The position numbers and the translations under genes were made by a program. A stretch of 64,000 bases of DNA, from the NCBI GenBank assembly GCA_963765765.1, contig CAVXYC010000020.1, positions 256,001 to 320,000 of the forward strand, given 5' to 3'. Shown here piece after piece: positions 32,455 through 44,308 of this stretch. This stretch comes from an uncultured Chloroflexia bacterium (GTDB taxonomy: Bacteria; Chloroflexota; UBA6077; JACCZL01). The notes beneath the pieces are model-generated. The model did not search any database, was not told the origin of the DNA, and saw only the letters and a list, made by a program, of their open reading frames with translations. Within the stretch, counting starts at the first letter, position 1, and the number at the start of each line of letters is the position of its first letter.

Positions 32455-33830
32455 TGGTCTCTGGGTTGATTCACCAGGGCCGCGCGGACGGCGTCCCTCA
32501 GCGTGGTGACGGGAATCGTCTCAATTGGCAGATTGGCTGGTGCATTGCGCAGCGAGCCGCGCGAGATGATGGCTCGCGTGAATCCCAGGTTGGCAGCCTC
32601 CCGCAAACGGCGCTCGATCTGTCCGACCGATCGGAGCTCGCCAGAGAGTCCAATCTCGCCGGCGACGATCAAGTCTGGATCGATCGCAACATCCCTGAGG
32701 CTCGAGACCACCGCCAACGCGACGCCGAGATCCGCGGCAGGCTCGTCGATGCGCATCCCGCCAGTGATGTTTACGTAGACATCCTGATCATGCACTGGAA
32801 GGCCGAGTCTCCGATTGAGAACGGCCATCACGACCAGGAGACGGTTGAAGTCGATGCCGTTCCCAGTGCGTCGAGGGACGGCAAGCGCGCTCTTTGCGAC
32901 CAGTGCCTGAATTTCAACAAGCACCGGGCGAGAGCCTTCCATGGTAGCGACGACCGAGGTGCCTGGGTTGCTGGCGTCGCGCTCAGCAAGAAATGCGGCG
33001 GAGGGGTTGTCCACTTCCACCATTCCCTCACCACGCATCTCAAAGACGCCCACCTCGTTTGTCGCACCAAATCGATTTTTCGTGGACCGAAGCAATCGGT
33101 ACGCCTGGAACCGCTCACCTTCGAGATAGAGGACAGCATCGACCATATGCTCCAGAACCTTGGGGCCCGCGATGGCGCCTTCCTTGGTGACATGCCCGAT
33201 GAGCACGACTGCCGTCCCGCTCTCTTTTGCGAATCTGGTCAATCGCTGGGTGCACTCGCGAAGCTGACCCACCGCGCCAGGCGATGAGTCCAGCTCAGCC
33301 GAAGCGGTGCTCTGAATGGAGTCGACGACGAGGAGCGTGGGGGACGCGTGCTCCGCGGACGCAATCATTGCATCTAGATCAGTCTCGCCTAGAAAGAGCA
33401 GCTCAGCGGCATCTAGGCCCAGACGACGAGCCCGCATAGCAACCTGCCTGGGCGACTCTTCTCCGGATATGTACAGCACCGGCCCGGCGCGCAGGGCGAC
33501 GTCGCTCGCGATCTGCATGAGCAACGTGGACTTTCCTATGCCGGGATCGCCGCCGACCAGGACCATCGATCCCCGAACCAACCCGCCGCCGAGTACGCGG
33601 TTGACCTCGGGCATCTCGAGAAGGATCCGATCCTCCTCCGCTTCCTCGATATCGCGGAGCGGGCGCGGAACTACCCGGCGAGCGACAGACGCTCGTCTCG
33701 CGGGCGTACTCGCCTGGTCGATCTGCTCCACGAGTGTGTTCCACTCGCCGCAGTCATTGCACCGCCCCATCCACTTCGTAGACTTCGCGCCGCATTGCTG
33801 GCAGAGGTATTCCGTGCGGGCTCTTGCCAA
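32451..33830 (-). CDS. radA: DNA repair protein RadA/Sms
   Basis: C4 Zn finger, GGDPGIGKSTLL, KNRFG, Lon-like C-terminus. Confidence 0.96.
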   Translation of the reverse strand: MARARTEYLCQQCGAKSTKWMGRCNDCGEWNTLVEQIDQASTPARRASVARRVVPRPLRDIEEAEEDRILLEMPEVNRVLGGGLVRGSMVLVGGDPGIGKSTLLMQIASDVALRAGPVLYISGEESPRQVAMRARRLGLDAAELLFLGETDLDAMIASAEHASPTLLVVDSIQSTASAELDSSPGAVGQLRECTQRLTRFAKESGTAVVLIGHVTKEGAIAGPKVLEHMVDAVLYLEGERFQAYRLLRSTKNRFGATNEVGVFEMRGEGMVEVDNPSAAFLAERDASNPGTSVVATMEGSRPVLVEIQALVAKSALAVPRRTGNGIDFNRLLVVMAVLNRRLGLPVHDQDVYVNITGGMRIDEPAADLGVALAVVSSLRDVAIDPDLIVAGEIGLSGELRSVGQIERRLREAANLGFTRAIISRGSLRNAPANLPIETIPVTTLRDAVRAALVNQPRDQ

Positions 33831-33966
33831 ACCGTTCACTTGCTCCTTCCGCTGGGATAAGGACCGGAAACACTTGATTCCAACACCCCAACCCGCTCCC
33901 ATGGGATGGGGTGCCTATCAAGCAACTCCTATTCTGGAATGTCGATCACGGGCGGACGAACATAGA

Positions 33967-33997
33967 AAACGAGCCCGCCAGACTGGCGGGCTCGTTT
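33967..33997 (-). terminator. Rho-independent terminator after clpC
   Basis: AAACGAGCCCGCCAG-a-CTGGCGGGCTCGTTT hairpin with T-tract on the minus strand. Confidence 0.75.
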
Positions 33998-34019
33998 GAC
34001 ACTTCAGCTACGCAGCGCC

Positions 34020-36481
34020 TCAGGCGCTCTCGACGAGCTCACCCTTGGCTTCCATCACCAACCCGTCCTCGCCCTTCTCGACGACGATGGTTTGACCTGG
34101 CTTGTACTGCCCGTGCAGGAGGCCTTCGGAAAGTGGATCCTCAATGTGATTCTGGATTGCTCGACGCATTGGTCGGGCGCCATAAATCTGATCGAAGCCT
34201 ACTTCCACCAGGTAGTCCTTAGCCGCGTCAGTCACCTCGAGTGTCATCTGCTGCTCGGTGAGCTGGTTTTGCACTCGCACCAGCAGGAGATCCACAATCG
34301 AGCGGATCTGCTGCACACCAAGTGCACGGAAGACGACCGTTGCGTCGATGCGGTTGAGGAACTCGGGTCTGAAGAGCTTCTTCATCTCCGAGAGGACTTT
34401 GTCCTTCATCCGATCGTACTGATCGGATTCCTGCTTGACCTGATTCCGTGGAATGTCGAAGCCCAGGACGCTCTCACGTCGGATCAGCTCAGCACCAACG
34501 TTCGAAGTCATGATGATGATCGTGTTACGGAAGTCAACCTTGCGGCCCTTGGCATCCGTCAGACGACCGTCGTCCATAATCTGGAGCAGGATGTTGAAGA
34601 CTTCAGGATGTGCCTTCTCGATCTCGTCCAGCAGGATCACTGAGTACGACTTACGCCGCACGGCTTCAGTGAGCTGACCGCCCTCCTCGTACCCGATATA
34701 GCCAGGAGGTGCACCGACCAGCCTGGCGACCGAATGTCGTTCCATGAACTCCGACATATCGATCTTGACCATCGCTTCTTCGCTGCCGAACATGAATTCG
34801 GCCAGAGCGCGAACGAGCTCAGTCTTACCAACGCCGGTAGGTCCCAGGAAGATGAATGAGCCGATAGGACGGCGAGGGTCCTTGAGCCCCGCCCGTGCGC
34901 GGCGGACAGCCTTGGCAACAGTTGAGATCGCCTCATCCTGCCCCTTGACACGCCCCTGCAGGGCATCTTCCATCTGAAGCAGCCGAACCGACTCTTCCTC
35001 GGCGATTCGCATCACCGGGATCCCCGTCCACATCGCCACAACGTGAGCAATGTCTTCGGGAGTCACAACAGCCTTCTCAGTGTTCTGCTGTGCTTGCCAG
35101 CCGGTTTCGAGCTTCTCCAGCTTGGTACGAAGCTTTGACTCTTGATCTCGATAGTCGGCAGCTAGCTCATACTGCTGCGCTGAGATGGCTGATTCCTTCT
35201 CGTTCTTGACCGCCTCAAGGCTGCGGTAGACATCGCGCATGGTAGGTGGGGCACTGGCACGCTGCATTCGCACGCGCGACGCTGCCTCATCAACCAGGTC
35301 GATAGCTTTGTCAGGCAGGAAGCGATCGGGCACATACCGCGCGGCAAGCTCAGCCGCGGCCTTCAGCGAGTCATCGCTGATCTCCAGCCGGTGATGCTGC
35401 TCGTAGCGCTCCTTGATACCCCGCAAGATCTCGACCGTCTCTTCCACGGTTGGCTCTTCCACGAGCACGGGCTGGAAGCGCCGCTCAAGCGCCGCGTCCC
35501 GCTCAATGTACTTACGGAACTCGTCGAGAGTCGTCGCTCCAATCGTCTGCAGCTCACCACGCGCCAAGGATGGCTTGAGGATATTCGCGGCATCCACCGC
35601 TCCTTCAGCCGCGCCAGCTCCAACGAGCGTATGAAGCTCGTCAATGAACAGCACACAGTTGCCGGAGTTTTTGACCTCTTCGATAATTTTCTTGAGGCGC
35701 TCCTCAAACTCACCACGATATTTCGTACCAGCGACGAGTGAACCGATGTCAAGGGTGAGCAGCCGCTTGCCCAACAACGTCTCTGGCACATCGCCACTGG
35801 CAATGCGTTGCGCAAGTCCCTCAACAATCGCAGTCTTGCCGACGCCAGGCTCGCCGATGAGTGCGGGATTGTTCTTCGTTCGACGAGAGAGGATCTGGAT
35901 GACCCGCTCGATCTCCTTAGCACGGCCGACGACCGGATCCAGCTTCCGGCCCGCGATGCCGCGGTGAGATCCATTCCGAGCTGGTCGATGACCGGTGTCT
36001 TGCTCGAGTGACGCGACTCCTGCTGTGAATAAGCAGCAGACTGGTTCAAGACGTAGATGACCTGGCTGCGGACTTTATCTAGCGAGACGCCCAGGCTCTC
36101 CAGGACACCGGCGGCGATGCCCTCGCCCTCCCGCACCAGGCCGAGAAGAAGATGCTCGGTTCCGATGTAGTGATGGTTCAATCGTCGAGCTTCATCTACG
36201 GAAAGCTCAATGACTTTCTTGGCCCGAGGAGTCAGGCCGATGTCACCCGTAACCGTGCGATCGCCGCGACCGATAATGAACTCCACGGCGCTGCGCACCT
36301 TGTTCAGCTCAACGCCGAGGTTGGCGAGCACCTTTGCGGCGACGCCCTCACCTTCGCGCACGAGTCCGAGCAGGAGATGCTCAGTCCCTATGTAGTTATG
36401 GTTGAACCGCTGCGCTTCTTCCTGTGCTAGCTGGAGCACCTTGCGCGCGCGTTCAGTGAATTTATCAAATCGGTCAGGCAT
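34020..36481 (-). CDS. clpC: ATP-dependent Clp protease ATPase ClpC; frameshift near 35945
   Basis: Two Clp N repeats ([11 protein letters not shown]), AAA1 (IDELHT), UVR-type M domain, AAA2 [28 protein letters not shown] loop. Confidence 0.94.
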
Positions 36482-36633
36482 TAGTTGGCCTCTCTATCCT
36501 GCGCTTAACGAGCCACCGACCGCTCATCGACGTGGGTCGAGGATTGTCCCAATTATACATGCGCATGAACCGCACCGACGGATCTTTTTCGATCGTCGGC
36601 GGACCCAACTTCGGAAGCGGGACCGAGGAGGGC

Positions 36634-38106
36634 TCAGGCGTCAGCGACAGCGGCAGTCGCCTGCTGAGCAGATTCGTTCTTAACCGCGGGCTCCGCCTGG
36701 CTATTGGCGCCGGGCTCCGACTCACCGCTCTCCAGTGGCTCATCTGCACGGTCGGCCATAGGCGCGGCGACACTCTCGCTGTCAGCGGTGCCTAATGCGC
36801 TTGTTGGCTCGGCAGTCGACTCTGTCGATTCGACCGCTGCTTCAACTTGCGCGGGCGCATCCGCTTCCGCGGGCGCATCAGCATTGACCTCTGTCGGCTC
36901 TGTCGCGATCGCTGTTACCGTGGGAGCAGGCTCCAGTTCGTCCTCGAAATCGAAATCGCCGCTGGACTGCCGTAGGCTCAAGCCGAGACGGTGGCGTGCC
37001 GCGTCGATGCGGATGATCCGCACGGGGACGGTCTCACCTTCGCGTACGACCTGCTTCGGATGGGCGATGCGCTCTTCCGAAAGCTCTGAGATATGGATAA
37101 GTCCCTCAATACCTGGCTCCACCTCGGCAAAGGCACCAAACGGAGCAAGCTTGGTGATCTTGACCCGAATCTCCTGTCCAACCTGGTAGTTCTCCGCCAG
37201 GAGGGCCCACGGCTCTGGCTGCAGCCGCTTCATGCTCAGCGCGATCTTTTTCCCGTCACGATCTACGGAAAGAACATGCACCTTGACTTTCTCACCGACT
37301 TTAACCAGGTGACTTGGATGTGCGACCTGGCCCCAGGACAGCTCGGAAAGATGCACGAGACCATCTGCGCCGCCAAGATCGACGAACGCACCGAAGTCGC
37401 AAACACTACTCACAGTGCCTTCTCGCTCATCACCCTGCTGCAGCTCCTGCAGTAGCCGTTCTTTGTCTCGCGCACGCCGCTCCTGCACGGTGGCACGTTC
37501 TGACAGAATCAGCCGGTTTCGGCGGCGCTGGAGCTCCAACACGCGCAGAAGCATCTTGTTACCGTGCATCGCGGTAAGCTGCTCGTCCGCCTCTTGCTCA
37601 GAGCCGACTCGCTTGACATCAGAAATCTGTGAGAGCGGAACGAAACCGCGGACTCCGAATACGTTGACGACGAGTCCACCACGGTTGTGGTTGACAACCT
37701 CGCCCTCGATCGATTGTCCGGATTCAAAGACCTGCTGAAGCTCGCGCCAGCCTTGCTCGGCCTGCGCACGCGTCAGCGAAAGGACGGCGTGCCCCTCTCG
37801 GTTCTCGGGTGTAATCACGGACGCGGTGATCGTGTCACCAACCGAGGGAAGATCTGGAGTCTCCCCTTCACCGTGAGGGATCTCATTCAACGGCACCACG
37901 GCTTCTGCCTTGGCGCCGATATCCACGAGAATCTCGTCCCGATTAACCTGGACGACGACCCCTTCTACTACTTCTCCTCGACGGAGACCGCGGAACGGCC
38001 GCTCACTCTCTGCGAGCAAGTCTTGCATGTCTGAGCCGTTGTCGATAGCGGCAACCTGTTCAGAGGGAACGAAGGCGGAATCGCCCGAATCAATGGGCAC
38101 GTGCAC
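36634..38106 (-). CDS. rpsA: 30S ribosomal protein S1 (four S1 domains plus acidic Ala/Glu/Pro tail)
   Basis: Repeated FGAFV/GLVHLSELS S1 motifs. Confidence 0.92.
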   Translation of the reverse strand: MHVPIDSGDSAFVPSEQVAAIDNGSDMQDLLAESERPFRGLRRGEVVEGVVVQVNRDEILVDIGAKAEAVVPLNEIPHGEGETPDLPSVGDTITASVITPENREGHAVLSLTRAQAEQGWRELQQVFESGQSIEGEVVNHNRGGLVVNVFGVRGFVPLSQISDVKRVGSEQEADEQLTAMHGNKMLLRVLELQRRRNRLILSERATVQERRARDKERLLQELQQGDEREGTVSSVCDFGAFVDLGGADGLVHLSELSWGQVAHPSHLVKVGEKVKVHVLSVDRDGKKIALSMKRLQPEPWALLAENYQVGQEIRVKITKLAPFGAFAEVEPGIEGLIHISELSEERIAHPKQVVREGETVPVRIIRIDAARHRLGLSLRQSSGDFDFEDELEPAPTVTAIATEPTEVNADAPAEADAPAQVEAAVESTESTAEPTSALGTADSESVAAPMADRADEPLESGESEPGANSQAEPAVKNESAQQATAAVADA

Positions 38107-38131
38107 TCACAAATATCGAAGGATGTTGTGA

Positions 38132-38159
38132 ATTATACCGTTCAGGGGGTGAATGGCAA
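38132..38159 (-). promoter_or_regulatory. Sigma70-type promoter of rpsA
   Basis: TTGCCA-N16-TATAAT on the minus strand. Confidence 0.65.
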
Positions 38160-38234
38160 GCGTGGCCCGCGGACGACTGTGGGCGACCGAGGAGAACCGT
38201 CAGCGGGCTTCTGATGCGGTGAACGTCCGTGGAA

Positions 38235-38834
38235 TCAGATCGGTCGACGACCCTCTAACGCGCTCGCCAGGGTGACATCATCGGCATACTCGAGGTCGCC
38301 ACCGGCGGGGAGACCGCGGGCGATACGACTCAACTTCACGCCGAGCGGACGAAGCAATCGAGCCAGATACGCGGCAGTTGCCTCCCCTTCAACGTTGGGG
38401 TTGGTGGCCAGGATAACTTCCTCAACCACTCCATCGCTCAATCGGCGCAAGAGTTCCGAGATTTTCAAGTCGTCCGGCCCCACGCCTTCCATCGGGGAAA
38501 TGGCTCCGTGAAGCACATGGTATTTCCCTCGGTACTCGCGACTTCGCTCAATAGCCAGGATGTCCAGCGGCTCTTCAACCACACAGATCAGCGAAGCATC
38601 TCGTCTATCGTCGCGGCATATCGGGCAAGGATCGACGTCTGTGAGATTGTGACACACAGAGCACAATATCGTGCGTTCTTTCATGTGCACGAGCGCATCG
38701 GAGAGCCGAATAACCGACTCCTTTGGCTGTCGAAGCAGAAAGAATGTCAGCCGCTGAGCTGTCTTCGGCCCGATGCCGGGCAAACGAGCAAGCTCTTCAA
38801 TAAGACGCGCGATGGGCTCAACCGTGGCTGCCAT
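38235..38834 (-). CDS. recR: Recombination mediator RecR
   Basis: [13 protein letters not shown]4 Zn finger, [18 protein letters not shown]. Confidence 0.97.
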   Translation of the reverse strand: MAATVEPIARLIEELARLPGIGPKTAQRLTFFLLRQPKESVIRLSDALVHMKERTILCSVCHNLTDVDPCPICRDDRRDASLICVVEEPLDILAIERSREYRGKYHVLHGAISPMEGVGPDDLKISELLRRLSDGVVEEVILATNPNVEGEATAAYLARLLRPLGVKLSRIARGLPAGGDLEYADDVTLASALEGRRPI

Positions 38835-38848
38835 GAAGAAAGACTCGG

Positions 38849-39148
38849 CTACATCCCGGGGAGTTTGAGGCCACCAGTAATCGCACCGAGCTGCTGGGCC
38901 GCGAGCTCCTGCGCTTTCCCCAGCGCTTCGTTGACTGCCGCCGTGACCAGATCCTGCAGCATTTCGACATCTTCTGGATCCACGACTTCAGGATCGATGG
39001 TCACGGACTTCACTCGAAGCTGACCGTTAACGGTCACTGACACGGCGCCTCCGCCAGCGGAGGCTTCAACTGTCTGCGCCTCTAGCTCTTCCTGGATCTT
39101 GTTGAGACGCGCCTGCATCTGGCGCATCATGTTCTGGTTCGGCATCAT
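38849..39148 (-). CDS. ybaB: YbaB/EbfC nucleoid-associated protein
   Basis: [22 protein letters not shown]; lies between dnaX and recR. Confidence 0.95.
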   Translation of the reverse strand: MMPNQNMMRQMQARLNKIQEELEAQTVEASAGGGAVSVTVNGQLRVKSVTIDPEVVDPEDVEMLQDLVTAAVNEALGKAQELAAQQLGAITGGLKLPGM

Positions 39149-39269
39149 GGTGCTGACTCCTCAGTAACCCTGGCATATTCATCATAACGTGGACAGTGCT
39201 CTGCGACCACCGGTTCAGACGAATTCGGGAATCGGCCGACACGCCGAGCGTCCGACCACCACCAAACCA

Positions 39270-41078
39270 CTACTCTTGCTCATCGATCACCAGGGCTTCG
39301 CCGCCAAAAATCTCCAGCGCGGCGCGCACGACCGGATCATCAATCGCTACGGCTGAGGGATGCGGCCGCTGCTCTTCCTGTGCCGGTCGACATTCGATCC
39401 GAACTGAGGCCCCCACGACTCTCGACCAGACGTCCTCGATGGTCCGGCGCTTTGCCTGCTCGAGGATCAATCGCACGTGAAATGCGTACGGAACCCCGAG
39501 CGTAATCGTGGCACCATCAACGGTCATAGGCTGGGCGGCATCCAGCACCGCGCCCAGAGGGCCATTCTGACTCCCGACTGCATCAACCACCGCACGCCAC
39601 GACCCCCGCACACGATCCAGAGTGAGCGGCTCGAACACTGCGGGCTCAGGCGGCATATCTTCGTTAGAGTCGGATGCTGGTTCAGGTGAGGCAATATACG
39701 CCACCGGCGGCGTTGGCCGGGGACGTGCGTGGCTGGGACGAGGCGCGTCAGCAGGCTTCGACGAGATCGGATCGGTCGAGCCTGGCGGCTCCGTCTTCGA
39801 CCCAGTGCTCGCGGCAGTTGTCGTTTCAACTTTCGTGGGGGATTTGGGAGGGGACTCAATGGGCGCAGGTGGTTTGGTCCGTAGGCTACGCGACTCGTTC
39901 GACGCTGCGGGTGGACGTATGGGCGCCGGCGATGCGGGCGGCTCTGCCACGTCATCCCGCAACGAAACGAGCTCAGCGAAGAGCAGCTCCACTTCAAGGC
40001 GAAGCCGGTGGGTTTCGCGCACCCGCATGAGCGCTTCAGCCAGGCCACGGGTCAGCGTCAAAAGCTGCTGGCGTCGCCATGACCTTATCTCGTCCTGAAG
40101 CCAGTTGACTGTCTCGGTGCCCAGGTCATGCTCGAGCACGCCGGTAGCTCCGAATCCCGCAAGCAGCAAGCCGCGCGAATGCTCAAGGAGCTCTTCGATG
40201 AGTAGTCGCATGTCCACGCCCAGGGACACTGACTCATCTAACAAATCTAATGCTCGGCCAAGATCACCTCGACCCAACGACGAGAGCAGATCTCGCGCGG
40301 TCCCAGCCGGCGGCAGACCAAGAACAACTCGGGCGTCATCCTCATGGATGCTTGTCCCGCAATACGCACGAAGCTGATCTAGAAGACTTATTGCGTCCCG
40401 CATCCCGCCGTTGGCGAGGCGAGCCAGCGATTCAAAGACGCCATCGTCGACTTCGAGCGACTCGCTCTCAGCAATAGCCCGAAGTCGCCCCGTCACTGAC
40501 TCCAGAGGCAAACGGCGGAAATCAAACCGTTGACAGCGCGAGGCGATAGTTGCCGGGACACGGTGCGATTCAGTTGTGGCCAGCACAAAAATGATGTGCG
40601 GAGGGGGCTCCTCCAGGGTCTTTAGAAACGCGTCCCATGCATCCCTTGTCAGCTCGTGGGCCTCATCGACGATATAGACGCGGTATCGTCCTTCGACTGG
40701 CGAGAAGTGAACCCTATCCCGAAGGTCGCGGATATCATCGATGCCGCGATTGGAAGCGGCGTCCATCTCGATGAGGTCAAGAGAGCGCCCTTCATTTGCC
40801 GCCACGCACAGCCCACACTGGTCGCAGGGCTCGCCATCCACAGCGTTCAGACAATTGGCGGCCTTGAACAAAATGCGGGCAATGCTGGTCTTTCCAGTAC
40901 CGCGCGGTCCCGAAAACAGATAAGCATGCGCAAGTCGACCGCTAGCCGCCGCGTTCTTGAGCGTCCGTACGGCGTGTTCTTGCCCCACCACCTCAGCGAA
41001 AGTGCTTGGTCGCCAGCGAAGGTACAGAACGCGTCGATCAGCGGCGCGCGTCAGGGAATCATCAGAAGCGTCAGGCAC
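39270..41078 (-). CDS. dnaX: DNA polymerase III gamma/tau
   Basis: WRP.TF.EVVGQ, GPRGTGKTS, DEAH, SRCQRF, GGMRDA; Pro-rich linker. Confidence 0.96.
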   Translation of the reverse strand: MPDASDDSLTRAADRRVLYLRWRPSTFAEVVGQEHAVRTLKNAAASGRLAHAYLFSGPRGTGKTSIARILFKAANCLNAVDGEPCDQCGLCVAANEGRSLDLIEMDAASNRGIDDIRDLRDRVHFSPVEGRYRVYIVDEAHELTRDAWDAFLKTLEEPPPHIIFVLATTESHRVPATIASRCQRFDFRRLPLESVTGRLRAIAESESLEVDDGVFESLARLANGGMRDAISLLDQLRAYCGTSIHEDDARVVLGLPPAGTARDLLSSLGRGDLGRALDLLDESVSLGVDMRLLIEELLEHSRGLLLAGFGATGVLEHDLGTETVNWLQDEIRSWRRQQLLTLTRGLAEALMRVRETHRLRLEVELLFAELVSLRDDVAEPPASPAPIRPPAASNESRSLRTKPPAPIESPPKSPTKVETTTAASTGSKTEPPGSTDPISSKPADAPRPSHARPRPTPPVAYIASPEPASDSNEDMPPEPAVFEPLTLDRVRGSWRAVVDAVGSQNGPLGAVLDAAQPMTVDGATITLGVPYAFHVRLILEQAKRRTIEDVWSRVVGASVRIECRPAQEEQRPHPSAVAIDDPVVRAALEIFGGEALVIDEQE

Positions 41079-41269
41079 GCCCCATTATACGGAGGAGGGG
41101 CCAGGCGGATCGGCGCATATTCTGGAGGAGATGGCGATATCGTCGGTTGAATTGACACGGGGTACGAGCGCTCCCCCCAGCCGTCCCCATGAGGCGGCTC
41201 AGGCGGACACTGCCATGAGGGCGTCAATTGAGCCCTGCGCCGGGGACGGCCAGATCGTCATCCTCTAGA

Positions 41270-42116
41270 TCATGCCCCGTCTCCGCGCACCGGGAGGGCT
41301 GGCGTGGGGTCATTCTCATCGCGCCGCTTCACAACATCTGCCGCATATATATCAATCGGCAGCTCCCTGACCCTCGCAACAAACGGTGGAGAGCGGAACG
41401 CTCGCTCCAGAACCCGCTCAGAAAGTGTCCGCATCTCGGTGGATGCCGAGTGAACCAATGTTGGAGACACATTGAGATTCACAGTGCCCGGACCAGCCGG
41501 ATCGCTGCAGCACCCTCAAAAGCTTGAGCGTGTCTACCGAAATGGCCCGTCCGCCGGACTCCAGGACCGAGCATGCGGGACACATGACCCCACCGCGCTC
41601 AGGAACCATCATGTTCACCACGGGAAGTAAATCGGATCGGCAGTGGACACAGTGCTGAAGCTCTGGGCGGAAGCCGAACCGGGCCAGCAAGTGAACCTGT
41701 GATTGCAAAGCCGCGAGATCGGGGCGAGGGTGCTTTTCTATGGCGCCGAGGCTATCGAGCAGCGTCTCATACAGCTCAGGCTGAGCAAAAGCATCCGGCG
41801 TCCCTGCATCCAGAAGCTCTGCAATGACGAAGGCATGGGCGGTGCGCTCAATGTCAATGCGAAGGCCCGCATGCGGCTCCAGAATCTGAACCTGGGATAC
41901 AACGTCTAGCTCACGTCCCTGCGCTAATAGGATCTCGCCTCTACTGAACAGCTCGAGATGTCCGGCAAGTCGACTCGTAGGGCGGCGCAAACCTTTGGCG
42001 ATGACCCGTAGCTTGCCTCGCTCGCGCGTATAGACGACGAGGATGCGATCAGCTTCGGAATAGTTGAAGCGGCGCAGCACAACAGCGTCCACCCGCTGTA
42101 ATCGCGTCCTGGCCAT
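41270..42116 (-). CDS. recO: DNA repair protein RecO; frameshift near 41490
   Basis: EADRIL..YTRERGK...IAKG, C-x2-C...C-x2-C Zn finger; C-terminus in ORF 41270..41482. Confidence 0.9.
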
Positions 42117-42119
42117 GTT

Positions 42120-42634
42120 CTAGAGGTCCTCGAGACCGGGAAGAAGGTGCACAGTCATCGTTCCACCCGTCAGATCCACGTTCAGGATGACATCTGGGAT
42201 GGCTGGCAGAAGACGCTCCCGGTCGCCCTGCTTCACAACGTAGACGTCGTTGCTGCCCGTTTCAAGAATATCCGTGAGTACACCGAGCGCATCGCCCGCG
42301 TCCGATTGAACGTTTAGCCCTATGAGCTGATGCCAGTAGTAGCGGCCCTCGGGCAGCGGGTGGGCATCGGATTCTTTAACCAGGATCCAACTACCCCTGT
42401 GGCGATCTACCTCGGCGCGAGATCGAACGTGCTCGAGTGCAAGCGTGACCGTTCGCGCATCGCAGCGTGCGGAGAGAACTGAGGTCGGAGAGGATGGGTC
42501 ACCGATGAACACGGTAATTCCGGGCTTGAACCGCTCCGGGAAATCCGTGATGAGTTCGCAGACCATCTCGCCGCGCACACCATGCGGCCGAAGCACCCGT
42601 GCGACTGCGAGGAATCCGCTCGGCGGATCCCCAT
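42120..42634 (-). CDS. rimM: 16S rRNA processing protein RimM; start affected by a G-run indel
   Basis: PHGVRGE, YYWHQLIGL.V, GSNDVYVV, LLPAI. Confidence 0.92.
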
Positions 42635-42636
42635 GC

Positions 42637-42933
42637 TTAGACGACGTCGATATCGACGCGGGTACCCTGGCGCGTGGCGGCCGCTTTGACGACGGTTCGG
42701 AGAGCTCGGATGACCTTGCCCTGGCGTCCAATGACCTTGCCAACATCTGATTCAGCAACCGCTAGCTCGAGAACAAGCGTACGGCCTGACTGCACGGCTT
42801 CGACTGCCACATCGTCCGGGTTCGCCACGATCCCGCGTGCGAGAAAATCCGTGAGCTTGCGGAGCGCTTCGTTCTCGGCCGATTCGCTCCGTGGCTCAGC
42901 CGATTCATCCCGCTCTCCGGATTCGTTAGTCAC
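42637..42933 (-). CDS. khpA: KH-domain RNA-binding protein KhpA
   Basis: DVGKVIGRQGKVIRALRTVV; rpsP-khpA-rimM order. Confidence 0.92.
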   Translation of the reverse strand: MTNESGERDESAEPRSESAENEALRKLTDFLARGIVANPDDVAVEAVQSGRTLVLELAVAESDVGKVIGRQGKVIRALRTVVKAAATRQGTRVDIDVV

Positions 42934-43165
42934 TGGTTGTTCGATTCAGGAGCTTGGCCACGCGATCACTTGGCTTTGCACCCTTCTGAATCCAGACCTT
43001 GGCTTTCTCTTCATCGATCTGCACTGTGGCAGGCTCGGTCAACGGATCGTAAAAGCCAATGTGATCGACGTATCGCCCATCTCGCGGTGCTGTGGCTTCG
43101 GCCACTACTACTCGGTAGCTGGGGCGCTTTCGCGAACCTGTTCGTCGTAATCGAATTCGTAACAC
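42926..43165 (-). CDS. rpsP: 30S ribosomal protein S16
   Basis: IRLRR.G....P.YRVVVA, RDGR, GAKPSDRV. Confidence 0.97.
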   Translation of the reverse strand: MLRIRLRRTGSRKRPSYRVVVAEATAPRDGRYVDHIGFYDPLTEPATVQIDEEKAKVWIQKGAKPSDRVAKLLNRTTSD

Positions 43166-43391
43166 TCAGAAACCTTTTTCGTGTTCTCGTAGTCGAGTAA
43201 TTGTACCCGAAACAGTACTTTCATCTCGCCGCACCGGTCAAGAAGCTCGATTGCCTGTACCTTCTCAGGTGTAGATCGACAATTCAATCGGGTTCCGTGT
43301 CTTGGGATACGTCGCAAAGGCCCCTTATGATGTCAGGGCAAAAACATTCGGCCGGGAGATTGAGGAACGAGGTACGGTGCGTCTAGCATCA

Positions 43392-44288
43392 ATGAATTCA
43401 CGAGCTTTCGAGGCGCGTGTTCCCCTGCTTGCCGCCCTTCGACCGTCGCAGTGGACAAAGAACCTTCTCCTGTTCGCGGCGCTTCTCTTTTCAATCCGAT
43501 TCACTCAGATCGGCACCTGGTACGCGGCGATTCTCGCCTTTGCCGTTTTCTGCGCATTTTCCAGCGCTGGGTATCTCATCAACGACCTGCTGGATGTTGA
43601 AGCAGATCGAGAGCATCCGACCAAGCGGCTTCGCCCCATAGCTTCCGGCGAAGTTTCACGTCCCGTTGCAATTGGCAGCGCATTGGCGCTCACCCTCGGC
43701 GGCCTGGCCATCTCGCTGCGTCTCGGGCCCAGCTTTACGGCTGTGGCGGCAGGATACTTATTGCTGAGTGTCAGCTACTCGGCGGTGTTGAAACATTACG
43801 TTCTCATTGACCTCTTCGGGATCGCCGCTGGGTTCGTGCTTCGAGCGGCTGCCGGTGCGGTTGCGATTGACGTCCCGATCTCGCCCTGGTTGTACGTCTG
43901 CACCGGTCTCGCTGCGCTCTTTCTCGCTCTTGGGAAACGACGACATGAGCTCATCCTCCTGGAGTCAAGCGCGAGTCGACATCGACGAAATCTTGACGAC
44001 TACACTGTAGAGCTTGTTGACCAGCTCACCCTTATTGTCACAGCGGCCGCAATTATTGCCTACAGTCTCTATACGATTTCTGGCGACTTACGAACTTCAA
44101 ATCCAGCGATGATGCTGACGATTCCATTCGTTCTCTACGGCTTGTTTCGTTATCTTTATCTGGTCCACGTTCGCAAATTGGGTGGCAGCCCGGATGAAAT
44201 GCTCCTGCGTGATCGCCCTCTCGGCGCAACACTGATCGCCTGGATCGTCGCTTGCGGAGTCATCCTCTTCCTCAGTATCCGCACGTAA
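43392..44288 (+). CDS. UbiA-family decaprenyl-phosphate phosphoribosyltransferase-like protein
   Basis: RPSQWTKN, YLINDLLD.E.DR.HP.K..RPIASG, GFVLRA.AG, GKRRHEL, TIPFVLYGLFRY. Confidence 0.88.
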   Translation: MNSRAFEARVPLLAALRPSQWTKNLLLFAALLFSIRFTQIGTWYAAILAFAVFCAFSSAGYLINDLLDVEADREHPTKRLRPIASGEVSRPVAIGSALALTLGGLAISLRLGPSFTAVAAGYLLLSVSYSAVLKHYVLIDLFGIAAGFVLRAAAGAVAIDVPISPWLYVCTGLAALFLALGKRRHELILLESSASRHRRNLDDYTVELVDQLTLIVTAAAIIAYSLYTISGDLRTSNPAMMLTIPFVLYGLFRYLYLVHVRKLGGSPDEMLLRDRPLGATLIAWIVACGVILFLSIRT

Positions 44289-44308
44289 CGCAACAGCGGA
44301 AGCGCGAG

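Noticed and set aside
29127-36481. clpC-radA-ispD-ispF-cysS-rlmB cluster as a novel system
   Set aside because: Well-known conserved gene order in monoderm bacteria, here lacking disA, the PIN/TRAM gene and gltX.
41090-41265. Possible SRP RNA (ffs) upstream of dnaX; hairpin GCCGTCCCC...GGGGACGGC
   Set aside because: The conserved SRP domain IV motif (CAGG..GNAA..AGCAG) is not found on either strand; only a generic stem is present.
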